From: Takakia lepidozioides
Taxonomy: Eukaryota; Plantae; Bryophyta
Assembly: GCA_030704615.1 (NCBI GenBank)
Contig: CM060732.1
Span: 69,688,001-69,752,000 of the forward strand
Length of the DNA: 64,000 nt
Direction: 5' to 3'
Below are positions 12,514 to 24,555 of this stretch, in pieces (position 1 is the first letter of the stretch; each line of letters begins with the position of its first letter). The notes under the pieces are model-generated. The model was not told the DNA's origin. It worked only from the letters and a program-made list of their open reading frames with translations, and did no database searches. The translations under genes were made by a program, and so were the position numbers.

Positions 12514-15500
12514 CTAAGCATGCATTTCCTCCCCACGCTCCAAGGTTGATGTCCCCATCAACGCTTCTTCCGCTTTTGAGGTCGCCCTTTCGAAAGCTGC
12601 AACCGCCTCGGATGCGTTTTCCCATTTCTGAGGCACGCACCCAAGATGCCTCCACATGATGATAGCCCTTCCATTTGACGAGATACTCCGTTTCTCGGTT
12701 CCTAAACCTCCTCGACTTAAGTATTGCCTCCACCTCGTACTCAGGTTCATTTTCATGATCCAACAGCATAGGTGGTGGACGCAACACTTGATGCCGATTC
12801 GGACGCGCTTCATCTTTGAAGTAAGGCTTAAAAGGGATACATGGAATACTGGGTGCACCTTACTGTTTGCCGGCAGCTCCAATTCATACACATCCTCATT
12901 CATAACCTTCCGAATGCGAAAAGGTCCCGCATACGGAGTACGAACTTTGGACTCACTTCCAGAGGTAGTCGGAAATTCTTGATATTCAACCAGACCTCTG
13001 TGCCTGCCTCAAACTTCACTTCCCTCCGCTTCGCGTTCCATTCGCCTGCCTTTCATACCGTTTCCTAGCTTTGGCACCGTTCCTAGCTTTGGCAATATGT
13101 ACTTTGCGAGCTTCAACAAACGCTCGCGTTCTTCCAGTACCGCCGCTACTGCCGGTTCCTCAACGTCCTGGGCGGCCCAACTTGTCGGCACCAGAGGTGC
13201 TTTCCATAGACCAATACGAAAGGGGAAATTCCCGTTGCGGAGTGTTCTGTGTTATTATAACAGAACTCTGCCGCGTCTAAGTGTTCCACCCAGTCTGTTT
13301 GGTCTGCCGACACGTAATTCCGCAAGATCTGCTTCACTACGGAATTCACCCTTTCTGTTTGGCCGTCGGTCGTAGGTCGGAAGGCGGTGCTCATCTTCAG
13401 CCTCGTCCCCATCTTCTTCCAAAGTGCTCTCCAGAAATTTACTCGTAAACTTTGGATCGCGGTCCGAGACAATATCCTTCGGGACTCCATGATGCTTTAA
13501 GACGTGGGTGAAGTAAAGTCGCCCTGTCTCCTGCGCCGTTGCCGTCTCCTTGGTGGGGATGAAATGGCCCATTTTACTGAACCTATCCACCACCACCATG
13601 ATTGCATCGAATCCTTTTTGACAGCGGCATAGCAGTCATGAAATCCATCGAGACGCTTTCCCAAGTCCCCTCTGGAATTGGCAAGGGTTGTAACAGCCCC
13701 GCTTGCTTTTTGTACTCGCTCCGGTTTTGTTGGCATGTGGTGCATGTCTTGACATACTCCTCTGCCTCCTCCCTCAGTTTGGGCCAGAAATACTCTTTCT
13801 TCAAGAGTGCCGCAGTGCGCTTGGCTCCGCCGTGGCCCGCAAGCGGGCTATCATGGCATTCTCTCAAGAGGCTATCTCTGATCCCTCCCTTCGGCACGTA
13901 GAGACGTTTTTGCTTATACCGGAGCAGTCCATTTTGCAAGTGGAACTGCGATTTAACCCCCATCCTCAAGTCCTGCATCACGGACTTCGCCAGCTCATCC
14001 TTCGGCAAGCCTTCCGGATCTTCCTTTGGAGCGCCGTCTCGCCCTTGTACACCAACAGAGCTGCTGCTTTCTACTTAAAGCATCGGCCACCACGTTGTCT
14101 CGTCCCGGTTTGTACTGGATATCCACGTCGAACACCGCCAAAGTATCTTGCCACCTAAGTTGTTTGGGGACAACTTGGGCTGCGTGGCAAAATACTTCAC
14201 CGTGACATTGTCCGTGAACACCTTCACTGGGTTGGAACCAACATAGTGGCGCCAAAGCTCAAGACAGTGCACCACCGCCTTCATCTCTTTTTCGTGCGTC
14301 GGCCACCGTCGCTCCACTTCATTCAGTTTCTTACTTTCGTAAGCCACTGGACGTCCATCTTGCATCAGTACACCCCCAATCGCGAAGTCCGACGCATCTG
14401 TGTATCTCGAACGGACGATCGAACTCCGGGATTTTCAAGACTGGAGCTTCCGCCATCCGCTGCTTCAATTCAGCAAAAGCTTGGCCACAAAAGGTGTTCC
14501 ATGCCAGACTTTAGATTTACACAGAAGGTCTGACAGCGGCCCCCGCGATCTTGGCGAAATTTCTCACATACTTCCGGTAATAGGAGGCGAGTCCTAGGAA
14601 GGATCGCACTCCCGGGACCGAAGTCGGAGGCTCCCAGTCCAAGATCGCCCTCACCTTTCTGTCATCCATTTTGATCCCATCCTGTGTAATCACATGCCCC
14701 AGGAACTCCACTTTGTGACCCCGAATTCGCACTTTGAAGCTTTGGCATACAGCTTCCCTTCTCGCAATTTTTGGAACACCCTTTTTGGTGCTCCAGGTGT
14801 TCTCCTTTGTTTTCGAGTACACCAAGATGTCGTCGATGTACACGATCACAAAGTCATCCAACCACTCCTGGAAAAGGCTGTTCATCAGCGTGCTAAATGT
14901 CGCTGGTGCATTGGTGAGCCCAAAAGGCATCACCAAGAACTCATATGAACCATACCTTGTCCTGCACGCGGTCTTCTCCTCATCTCCTTCCGCCACGAAT
15001 TTGATGATAGCCGGAGCGCAAGTCGATCCGGCTGAAATACTTCGCTCCTGCCAACCGATCGAAGAGGTCGTCGATCCTTGGCAAAGGGTACCGGTTTTTG
15101 ATAGTCACCTTATTCAGAGCCCTGTAATCGACACACATCCGCAGCGTCCCATCCTTCTTGTCTGCAAATAGCACCGGGGCTCCGTAAGGTGACTTACTCG
15201 GCCGGATGTACCCCTTTGACATTAGATCCTTGAGCTGAGTCTTCAGCTCGACCAACTCTCTGTGGCTCAACCGGTAGGGCGCCTTGGCAGGCGGTTCCGA
15301 TCCCGGTATCACCTCAATCTTGTGGTCAACTCCTCTTCGCGGTGGCAAGCCGCTTGGTAAATCCTCCGGCATCACATCCTGGTATTTCTCCAAAATCCCC
15401 TTGATCCAATCTGGGCTCGGCTCCCATCGCCTTCTCCTTTCACTTCTCTAATGTAAAGCAAAAATTGGGGCTCGTGTGCCTCCTCCACGGCCCACTCCTT

Positions 15501-17000
15501 TGCTGACAGAAGGTTTATTCGCCCTCCCACGGATTTGGGCGTTTCCGACACTCGTAAAACCTCGCCACCATTCCCACATGGCAGCGTGACTACTCTCTTG
15601 CGGCCATCTATGACCGCTCCGGATTTGCTCAAAAAGGTCATCCCCAAAATGAGATCCACTCCATCGATCTCGCAGATGGTGAAGTTCTCACGTCCCTCCC
15701 AACTCCCCAGTTGAAGAGGAACATCAAACGCCAACCTTGTCGCCAACTGTGGTTCTCCTTTGGCAGAACGCACCTCAATAGAGGCCCCCACGTCACTTGT
15801 CGGGAGTCCCAACTTTCGCGCCGCCGCCGGCGTCATGAAGGAGTGCGACGCTCCTGTGTCCACCAACAACGACACGTTAGTTCCGGATATTATCCATCCA
15901 CGAACAATAACTGACTCCCTTTACGCAGAGCGCCAGTTTCCTGATACAACTCACAAGAATAGTTGCCTACCTTGCAAGTCCTGGCGACCACCGCTTCCAC
16001 CAAGCGACTGATGGTATCTTCCGACAGCTCCGTGGTTGCCCGAGTCATGTTCAATTGTCGAGGTTTTGTGCACTTCTTGGCCATGTGCCCGGGCTCCCCG
16101 CAATTGAAACACACTCCATCAAAGGTCGCCTTCTGTCCGCCATAAGCCGCTCCACCCGCTTTTCCTTTCGAAGCACCGGGTGTCGCCTTGACGTGTGAAG
16201 GCCCTCCCTTCGATTTCCACGTGCCATTGTCGCCGCGTGGCCTATCCCACTTCTTTTCCGGTCGGAGGAGTCACCTTCCCGCCGGGTCTTCTTGTGGTTC
16301 AGCTCCGTACGGCCTTGTCTCTCACCCCTAGGGACATCCGAGAAACATTCAGCCCTCTCAATTGCCTCGTTCAAAGTCTTGGGTGGCTTCTCCTCCAACT
16401 TCCGCCTGGCCCATGGGGCCAGTCCCGCCACAAAGTTGAAGACCATTTCTGGTTCTGCCATGTCCGCGACTTCGAGCAACAGCACATTGAAAGCCTGGAC
16501 ATACCCCCGAATGTCATCTGTTTGCTTCAAATTCCTCATCTTGTCCCGGGCAAGCCAGGACGCGTTGAGGGGCACAAATTGTCTCTTCATCAATTCCTTG
16601 AACCCCCCTCCAAAAAGGCGTTTCTTGGTTGAGTGAAGCCACTTCCACCCGATCCTCGCCACTTAACTGGCCGCCCGGAAGTACTGCTCTAGCTCCAGGA
16701 GCCAGGTGTTGAGTGCCTTCCGATTTCGGACGCCCTCGAAGGTGCCGGGTTCCTTAGGCTTCACCTTAAACTTTGCCTTAGTGGAAGTGGCATTAGCCGC
16801 CTTCAACACGTCTTTCAACGTCCCGCCAAACTGCGCCAACAACCCTTCCCAAAAGGCTGCCGGCATGGGAGGCATCCGTTGGTCAGTCGGAGCTCTCACG
16901 GATTCCTCGGGCCCCGGCTCCTCGGATTCCTCCCGCTCTTGAGCGGCCTCGCTTTCAGAAACCTGCGTCGCTTCCTCAAACGGCCGCTTCGGTGACACGT
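12514..17000 (-). CDS. gag-pol polyprotein of the nested chromovirus (frameshifted in this assembly)
   Basis: Zn knuckle [14 protein letters not shown], protease [21 protein letters not shown] / YIDDILVYS, RNase H AYESKKL..HEKEM, integrase H..GH..C..C / SDRD / [17 protein letters not shown], chromodomain [20 protein letters not shown]. Confidence 0.92.
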
Positions 17001-17114
17001 CGCCCCCATCGGACTCACCAGGATCATCATCTTTTGGGCCGTTTCGCTTTCGCTTTGGCTTGCCCGACCCCGTGATGAGGCCAACCCCAAGGACGATCGC
17101 GTACTGAACTCTAA

Positions 17115-17126
17115 GCTCTGATACCA
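17115..17126 (-). promoter_or_regulatory. Primer-binding site (tRNA-iMet) of the nested element
   Basis: Perfect TGGTATCAGAGC on the - strand, 2 nt from the LTR. Confidence 0.95.
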
Positions 17127-17128
17127 AG

Positions 17129-17857
17129 TGTCGCGCACCTCACTTCGATAAGCTCCCCTTCAAGTCATAGTTACTCGCTTTGATGCACGCGCCTAACTCC
17201 CAACCTGGCCGCCCGGGCCAACTTGGAGCTTCGGCTGCTCACCGGACATAACGGTCCCCCTTCGCTTCCCACTAAACCCTCCACCTATTTGGGACTAGGA
17301 GAATTCCCTTTGGTAGATGACAGTCCGGAACAGCTCCCCACTCTTTGGTCGCTTTCCGGCTCGCTCGCTTACTCACTAGTTTTTGGTCACCAACGGGCTT
17401 GCACCGTTCTCGGGGTCACTACTCCCCTTATATATACTTCTGTAGCTGTCCGCGGGGGTTTCACAACCAGCCATGCCATTTTATGGCGAACCACCACGAA
17501 AACCCTCGACTCCCGGTGATGAGTCGCGGTGAGTTTTGGCCCACTCACTACGGCCCCTATGGACCGTGATGAGTCCCAAGACTCCCCACGACTCCCACCA
17601 CGAGGTCTCCGCCCCCATGGTGAGTCCTATGCCACCCCCACTAAGTCTCGCTAAGCTACCACCACCCCTTGTGGAGCCACCCCCACCGCAACCCGGTGTG
17701 CGGGGCTCCACCTAGTGAGCGCCTCCGCCTCCTTGGGTGCCTTGGGGCACTCAAGGGTGCTTCAGCCCCCCATACCTATCGCTGCCGCTGCCCCCACCAC
17801 AGGGGCAACCCCTCATGTGTCCCGACCCCCTTGCCCTCAAGGCAAAGGGCCGCGACA
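17129..17857 (-). repeat. 5' LTR of the nested chromovirus (729 bp)
   Basis: Direct repeat of 10932-11656; followed on the - strand by the PBS. Confidence 0.97.
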
Positions 17858-18670
17858 GAAGTCGTGCAATGGGAGTGCTAGAATGATGGATTTATCGAAT
17901 GGAAGTACATTTGTAATATTTTCCCACGTCAAGTGATTTGGAGCACGGAATGTTCATACGATCTTTTCTACTCGACAATGCTTCAACATGGTTACAAACA
18001 TGGGGGAGAAGACAGCTTGCAAAAGGAGAATTTTTACTATGGAGCACCTTGAAAGCGAGACTGCTCCAACAATTCAAGGCAGTAGATGTTGTTACAACTG
18101 CTCGAATGAAATTATGAAACTTAGAACAACACGGGAGTGTGCAAAATTACATTGAAGATTTTTTGAATCTTCAGGTCCAAATCGAAGACATGAGTCCTGT
18201 AGAAGCTTTAGACAACTTCAAAAGAGGATTGAAGAAGAAAATTCAAGGAGAGGTAATTTTACGCAACCTGGTTGATGTCCACGATGCAATTTCAATGGCC
18301 CAAAAGATTGAAGGGACGCTACCAAAATACGACGAAGGTATACACGTTCCATTGAACCAATACGGACCAACGCTTATGGAGCTTGGAAATCTTCGAAGAC
18401 GGGATAACTTCCAATACTCTCAAAGAAATAGGCTGGGAATTAGATATGGGGAAGATAACACACAGCGGCGAATGAAATTGAATGACAAGGATGTGACCTC
18501 CTCAACATTCTCACGAACAGAAGGACAAAAGGAAACTCGACAATATTACAACTGTGGAAATACAGACATCTTACAGCCAACTGCCGAAGTGGAAGGTACA
18601 ATCGACAAACTTATCGAAAACCTCTTAACAGTTTAAGGAGATGAGAAGATAACAAACATCACAATGAGCA

Positions 18671-18716
18671 GGAAAATGAGGACAACCAGTAAGTAGACCT
18701 CGTGGTCTTACTGGTT
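18671..18716 (+). promoter_or_regulatory. Putative -1 ribosomal frameshift signal at the gag-pol junction
   Basis: GGAAAAT (probably ancestral GGAAAAC), 6-nt spacer, then hairpin AACCAGTAA..GACC-TCGT-GGTC-TTACTGGTT. gag ends QENEDNQ*, and the -1 frame runs to the protease motif. Confidence 0.65.
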
Positions 18717-20475
18717 CTACAAAGAAGAGGAGAGGCGAGGGGCCTTACAAGGAGAAGAGACAAATCAATCATGCGGGCAAGAAAGAGACGCAGTTAATTG
18801 TGGCAGATGAAACCTTGGAAGGTATTCATGTGAAAGTGTTAATAGACCCTGGGGCAAAAAAAAACTGCCTTGAAACTAGGACTCCCCTTAGAAAAGGATG
18901 AAATAGATGAAGTAGAAATTCCAAATGGACATGCAGAGGCCATTGAGACACTACCTAAAAACATAGAGTTGTCGATTGGTAAATATAGAGAAACCTTAGA
19001 ATGGCGAGTGGTCAGACTGACTCGATATGACGTAATATTAGGCATGCCTTGGATGGAATCTCACAACCCTGATGTTGATTGGCGTAGAAAGATAGTCAAA
19101 ACCCAGAATTGGAAAATATGGGGAGATGGAGTGAAGACACTATATCGAAACCTACCATCATTTGTTATAGGTACTACAGCTATATGTAAGAAAGACTTAT
19201 TATTTGTAGGTTTAATAAGAGACGTGGAAAATCCGAAAAACCCCGCCAAAGAGAAGAGTAGATCATAAGATTGAGGTTGTTCCAAGTAGTACTCCTTCTT
19301 GTAAAGTCCCTTATCGATTAGCACCAAACGAGTTGGAAGAATGTAAGGCTCAAATCGAGGACCTACTATCAAAAGGCTTTATAAGACCAAGTGTATCCCT
19401 GTATGGAGCGCCGGTGTTGTTTGTGAAGAAAAAAGATGGAGCAATGCGCATGTGCATTGATTATCGAGCACTCAACCAGCAGACAGTGAATAACAAGTAC
19501 CCGTTACCACGCATGGACGATCTATTTGACCAACTGCGATGAACAAAATACTTTACGAAGCTTGATCTAAGGAGTGGATACAACCAAATTCGAGTTGCTG
19601 ATGAAGATGTATATAAGACCGCTTTCCGCACTAGGTATGGACATTTTGAATACATGGTTATGCCATTTGGTCTCACCAATGCCCCAGCCACATTCATGGG
19701 CCTCATGAATGATATCTTTCGCCCATTCTTAGATAGATTTGTGATAGTCTTTTTAGATGATATTCTGATCTATAGTAACAGCCTTGTCGAGCATAGAAAC
19801 CACCTCAAACAAGTATTACAAGTTCTCCATGAGAATCAGCTATATGCCAAAGCATCTAAATGTGAGTTTGAAAAATAAGAAGTAGATTATCTTGGGCATC
19901 GTGTGAGTAGGAAGGGAATTGAGGTAATGAGTGAGAAAATAGAAGCTATTCAGCAGTGGATAGCCCCTGAAGACTTACCCAATTAAGGAGTTTTCGTGGC
20001 CTTACCGGATTCTACAGACGATTTGTACGGGCATTCTCAAAGATTGCCCAACCATTGACAAATCTTTTGGGCAAAGGAATTAAATGGAAGTGGGGTAAAG
20101 AAGAGGAGTTAGCATTTCAGGCCTTGAAGGATGCGTTGCTTCATGCCCCGATCTTGAAATGGTATGATCCAACAAGATTAATCAAGCTCTCGGTAGATGC
20201 GTCAGGCTCAGCAGTGGGTGGGGTATTACAACAAGAATGGGAAAACGGATGGCACCCAGTTGCATATTTTTCTCGCAAATTGTTACCTGCGGAACAAAAC
20301 TACCATACAACCGAACGAGAAGAATTGGCCATTGTTTTGGGTACAAAACACTATCTTGGAGACAAAGAGTTCATAGTGGAGACAGACCATAAACCGTTGT
20401 TGTACTTGGAGACACAAAAAGATTTATCGAAAAGACAGATTCGTTGGGCGGAGTGGCGACAACAATTTAATATGA

Positions 20476-21150
20476 TGTCATGGTTTTAGTCATGGTTATC
20501 TAGAATTACCTACTTCTAGTTAACTAAGACATTTTAGATATTTATATTTATATTTTGTGTGTTGGGAACTCATTTGGTCTCACATGCCAAGTGAGGTGTC
20601 GAGCATCACTTGAGACATGGAGATAGGTTTTCCCCTTGTGAGTGTTGAGGAGGCTCATCTTCTTGTAGTTGAGCCTCCATGAGCTTCTCTCACCTCCATA
20701 GCTCTAGGTATTGAGAATGAGTGTGTTGAGGGCTTTCTAGGGTGGATTCCATTAGCAAAGGTGCCCTTGGCTTGACTTAGTTTATGTGATAGAGTGGATT
20801 TCACTTGGAAGGACTAGGGCTTGTTCTTCATGTGATTGCTTCATGCTTTGAGAGCTTTCATTGTCTTCTACTTCTCTCATTTCTCATCTCTTATCACCAC
20901 AAGAAGATCACCTTATGCTTGTGAGTGCGGAGTGTAAGGATTAGTTTTGCACTTGTATTTTAAAGAGGTTGAGAGCTAGGAGAATTTAGCTCTTGTATCA
21001 CAAGGCTTGCAAGGGGTTGCAAGGAAAGGTGCTCGAGTATTGCATGCACCAAGGAGTTGGAGAGCTTGAGAAGAAAGCTCTTGAGTCACAAGATTTTGCA
21101 AGGATTGTAAGGAGGAAGTCTTGTGTGTGTGGAAGCATGGATTCTAGGGT
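20476..21150 (+). mobile_element. LTR-like fragment of a third family (starts TGTCATGG) that truncates the old element's pol
   Basis: Abrupt junction after RWAEWRQQFN; TG start; a diverged second copy begins at the same base at 36186. Right boundary approximate. Confidence 0.6.
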
Positions 21151-22249
21151 TTGAGAATCCTTTGTATGCATTATGGAGTCGATGGTGTTGTAGTGTGAAT
21201 GCAGGGGAGTAACAGTGAAATTTTGCTTGGCATCAGGATCCGGCATTACTACAAAGGGAGTGCCCTGGTACTAATAACGGGAGGGAACTATCCATGCCTA
21301 CAGGTAATTCCATGGGCACACTATGCTATTGCTCTGCCAGGACAAAATGTGGCTAAGTCATGAAATACGCCTTTTCATCCATAGGATGAATGGCTTTCAT
21401 CGCTGGTGATTACCTTAGAAACGCAGGTCGAGGAAGCTTAGGGCTTGCTGGAGGGTAATCGTGCAGGGAACAGCTAGGTAATTTTGCTCAAGCCAGGAGA
21501 AGGGAGGCGGTGCAGTAATCGGTTCATGGCTTTGAAGAGAGGGAGTGCTGCAGGACGATTCATCAAGGGCGAGGGAAGTAATATCATGTACTACTGACAG
21601 AAGTAATGAAGGCATAGAGGCGGTGCTTCCTGTGATTTGACCGCTGAAGGTGTAGGAGTTGCAGGGAAAGCAGCTCGGTGGAGGGGCAGCAGTGCCGTCG
21701 TTACTCTCATAAACACGATGACAAGGAGGATGAACTTGCAAGGGAAACAGCCTGCTGCCAGGGAATAGGAAGGTGGGGTTGCAGACTTGATCAAAGGCTA
21801 GTTAAGATGATGGAGCAGCTCCATCATGACGAGCATCTGCCAGAGGTAGGGTGTGCAAACTGATACCGCCGCCATTGCATTCATGTGCAATTATAGAAAG
21901 CTGCACTTGTGGAGAAGCAATTGCTGCCAGATCAAGGGCAGAGATGGGATTACTGACTTGACCACTTGTGAAATGGTGCAATCGCCAGAATGAGGGCATT
22001 GCTTGTGGACAGTGATACAGGTTATCTGTAAATAAAGAAGCAAAGAGTGAAATATGTAGAGCATGAAGCTTTCAGATAATGACTGTCTTCTTGTTATCAC
22101 ATCAGATCTTAGGGTAGATTAGCAGAGATGGTAGGATAGGGTAGTTAGTGGCAAGCAACAAGGTTACTGCCATAGGTTGAAACAGAGCTGTCAAGACTCG
22201 CGGAACGCTTGAATCGACGAAATATCTGAAGGTGGAGTGGCAGAGCAAT

Positions 22250-22900
22250 GACAGGATCTAACATGCATAGATCTTTGTTTTTACAACGTGGCATTCAAAC
22301 GACAAAAGGAGTTAGGGGAGCTGCTGACAGAGATGGTGAGGTGCCATTTCAGGCAGGCGATCCCACCGCTTCAGCTGGAGTATAAGAGAGCTAAGTTCAT
22401 AGATGCAAGGGCTCCTCTCTGACTTAGGGATAGTTGCTATGGAATTTTTGCTAGAGAGACTCTCATAGAAATGAGGGAGATAGAAAAAGATTTTGGCAAA
22501 TGGAATGGAGACTTCTAGAATTCATACCAGTCCTGGTGGTAGAGAGAAAGTGAGGTAGGGTGGAAGTTGTGTGGAGTGCTGCAAGAAGTTGGGAAGTCAC
22601 CTCTCAAACATAGGATGCTTCCTTTTTGGGTGTGACTTAGAAATCGTTTTGGGCAGATTTAGGACTTGCTCTTGATAGAAGGGAAAAAGATAGAGACATG
22701 TGATCGAGAGGAAAAAGGGTTTTTGAAAATGGAATGGAGTGGTGGTCTGGGCTTCAAACCAGAATGGTGTAGAGAGGATAAGAGATGATGCATGTCAATT
22801 GGGAATGGTGATAGAAGGGCTGTCTGGTCCAATATGGGCAATTGCATCAGAAAAGGGAGATAAAACATTGGGAAGAAGAGAGATCCGCTCAGCAAAAGAA
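22250..22900 (-). mobile_element. Possible highly decayed LINE ORF2 remnant
   Basis: - strand KIP*Q..cctaagtcagagaggagcccttgcatc resembles W..PKxEGGLGI, followed by LQLKRWDRL; weak, and boundaries are guessed. Confidence 0.3.
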
Positions 22901-23910
22901 TGATGAGAGGAGGGTCAGTTGAGAGATAAAGGAAAGACCATGAGTTGGATAGAAATATCAGACCTGCACTGTATGGTAGTTACATGTTGCCTTGCACTTT
23001 CGGTGATTGCATGACAACAAAGGGGGTTCAATGTAGATGCTACATGCAAATGGTGAACTCATAGGCTGTCATTAACCCACTGGTAAGCTGTTTGAGTGAC
23101 TATATCAGCATGAAAACTAAGCTGGTGCAAGACAGAACCCTAGTCAGGCCTGTTGCACTATGCAGGAAACACCTTCACTTGTCCCATCCATGTCTTCTCT
23201 TCCGCTGCGGCGTGGATGAGGGCTTCATGAACTCTGATCATAAACAACATGGATGTAGCCAACCTGTGTGGGAGAACCAGGATAACAACAAGACCTTGCA
23301 CTAAGAACTAGATTAGGATTAGACAGAAGGGGATATATGCCCCCTTCTTTTCACACTACAGTGTGCGCTATGGCTTGTGGAGAGTGACTAAAGGCTTGTT
23401 AGTGCTCATTTCACTATCAAGCTAGGGTTAAGCAAGTTCAAAGTGTGGATGTTGTGGAAGAGAAGCCAAGGAGCTATATATGCTTGGGCTTGAAGACAAC
23501 AAGGGCAAGAAGCTCAAGAGGTTTTGAAAGGGAGCATGTGAAGAAATCTTCCAATCATGGTGGTGTGGAGCCAAGCTTAGGGTGCCATTGGAAGGGCTTG
23601 GAGAACATGTGGTGGGAAATCCTTGAAGGGAAATCATCATTCAATGTATGCATAGCTTCACCCTAACTATGTAATGTGACAAGAGGGGGAGACAATACTT
23701 GGCTATTCATGCTCTTGGTAGTGCGAGCTTTGTGGTGGATAGTTGACCAAGCAAGTGGTGCACGTGTGGAGCATGCTCGCTTGAGTTTGTAAGTTCAAGT
23801 TTGAGAAGGGGAGCTCTTGAACTAGCAAGAGGTGAAGGCCTTTGAGATCCATTTGTGTGTGAAGTGGGAGAGGTGTTGATTCATGTTATGATGAAAGAGA
23901 GCAACACATG

Positions 23911-24150
23911 TATACTAAACAGGGCAACTACCTCATAACGATACCTCAACTTGCATATAGGCTGATTTGACCAAGTTTCTTTGTAAGTCAGGCGCTATAC
24001 CTCTGGTGGAATACTAAACAGAGCTACTGTCTTATGACGATACCTCCGCATAAATATAGATTAATTTGGCCAACTTTTCTTGTAAAATGAAATACTATAC
24101 CTCTGTAGATATATCAAACAGGGCTACAACCTAATGACGATATCTCTACT
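23911..24150. repeat. Diverged tandem repeat, ~100-bp unit x ~2.4
   Basis: ATACTAAACAGRGC..ATRACGATACCTC..CTATACCTCTG recurs at ~23912, ~24011 and ~24111. Confidence 0.7.
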
Positions 24151-24374
24151 AGTATATATCTCTCTCTCATCTCTCTCCTTTAGGCTACGCGACTCATCTC
24201 GTGACTTAGGCCTTACGACAAGCAAAGGATGGACGGGCAGCAGGAATAGACGGGCAACATGTATATTCAGCTTATACTCTCGTATGTATATGTATATACG
24301 ATGCATATACATATACATATACATGATAATATATTATATATTATATACAAAAATAAGTTAAAAATTATAGATTA

Positions 24375-24555
24375 CAATTCAATTGAATTGTAGTCAGCAA
24401 TTCAATTGAATTGTTGACTGCAATTCAATTGAATTACGAGTTGACAATTCAATTGAATTGCCAATTCGCAATTCAATTGAATCGTGCCGACAATTCAATT
24501 GAATTGCAAATTAGGGTTAGTTCAATTGAATTGCCCTTGCAATTCAATTGAATTG
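24375..24555. repeat. Array of 8 copies of the 16-bp palindrome CAATTCAATTGAATTG with variable short spacers
   Basis: Directly visible; five copies are perfect and three carry 1-2 substitutions. Confidence 0.92.

Larger units (their letters stand above)
10932..17857 (-). mobile_element. Young full-length Ty3/gypsy chromovirus (Galadriel-like), nested in gag of the old element
   Basis: TGTCGCG..CGCGACA termini, two near-identical LTRs, 5-bp TSD GAAGT (10927-10931 and 17858-17862), PBS, PPT, and gag-PR-RT-RH-IN-chromodomain order. Confidence 0.97.
9884..20475 (+). mobile_element. Old, decayed Ty3/gypsy LTR retrotransposon (host of the nested element); truncated after RNase H
   Basis: LTR 3' end TGTTACA (10030), PBS, gag 10680-10931 plus 17863-18692, protease VLIDPGA, RT ([35 protein letters not shown]), RNase H (DASG..ELAIV..TDHKPL); many stops and frameshifts; no integrase or 3' LTR. 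Confidence 0.9.

Noticed and set aside
23330-23890. Distal half of the TGTCATGG LTR
   Set aside because: Similar composition, but no clear CA terminus or TSD, so it could not be supported.
24143-24151. Helitron 5' end (A/TCTCTACTA)
   Set aside because: Overlaps the ~100-bp tandem unit, and no matching 3' hairpin plus CTRR end was found.
24375-24555. CRISPR array
   Set aside because: 16-bp repeats and 6-11-nt spacers are far too short, there are no cas genes, and the context is plant nuclear DNA.
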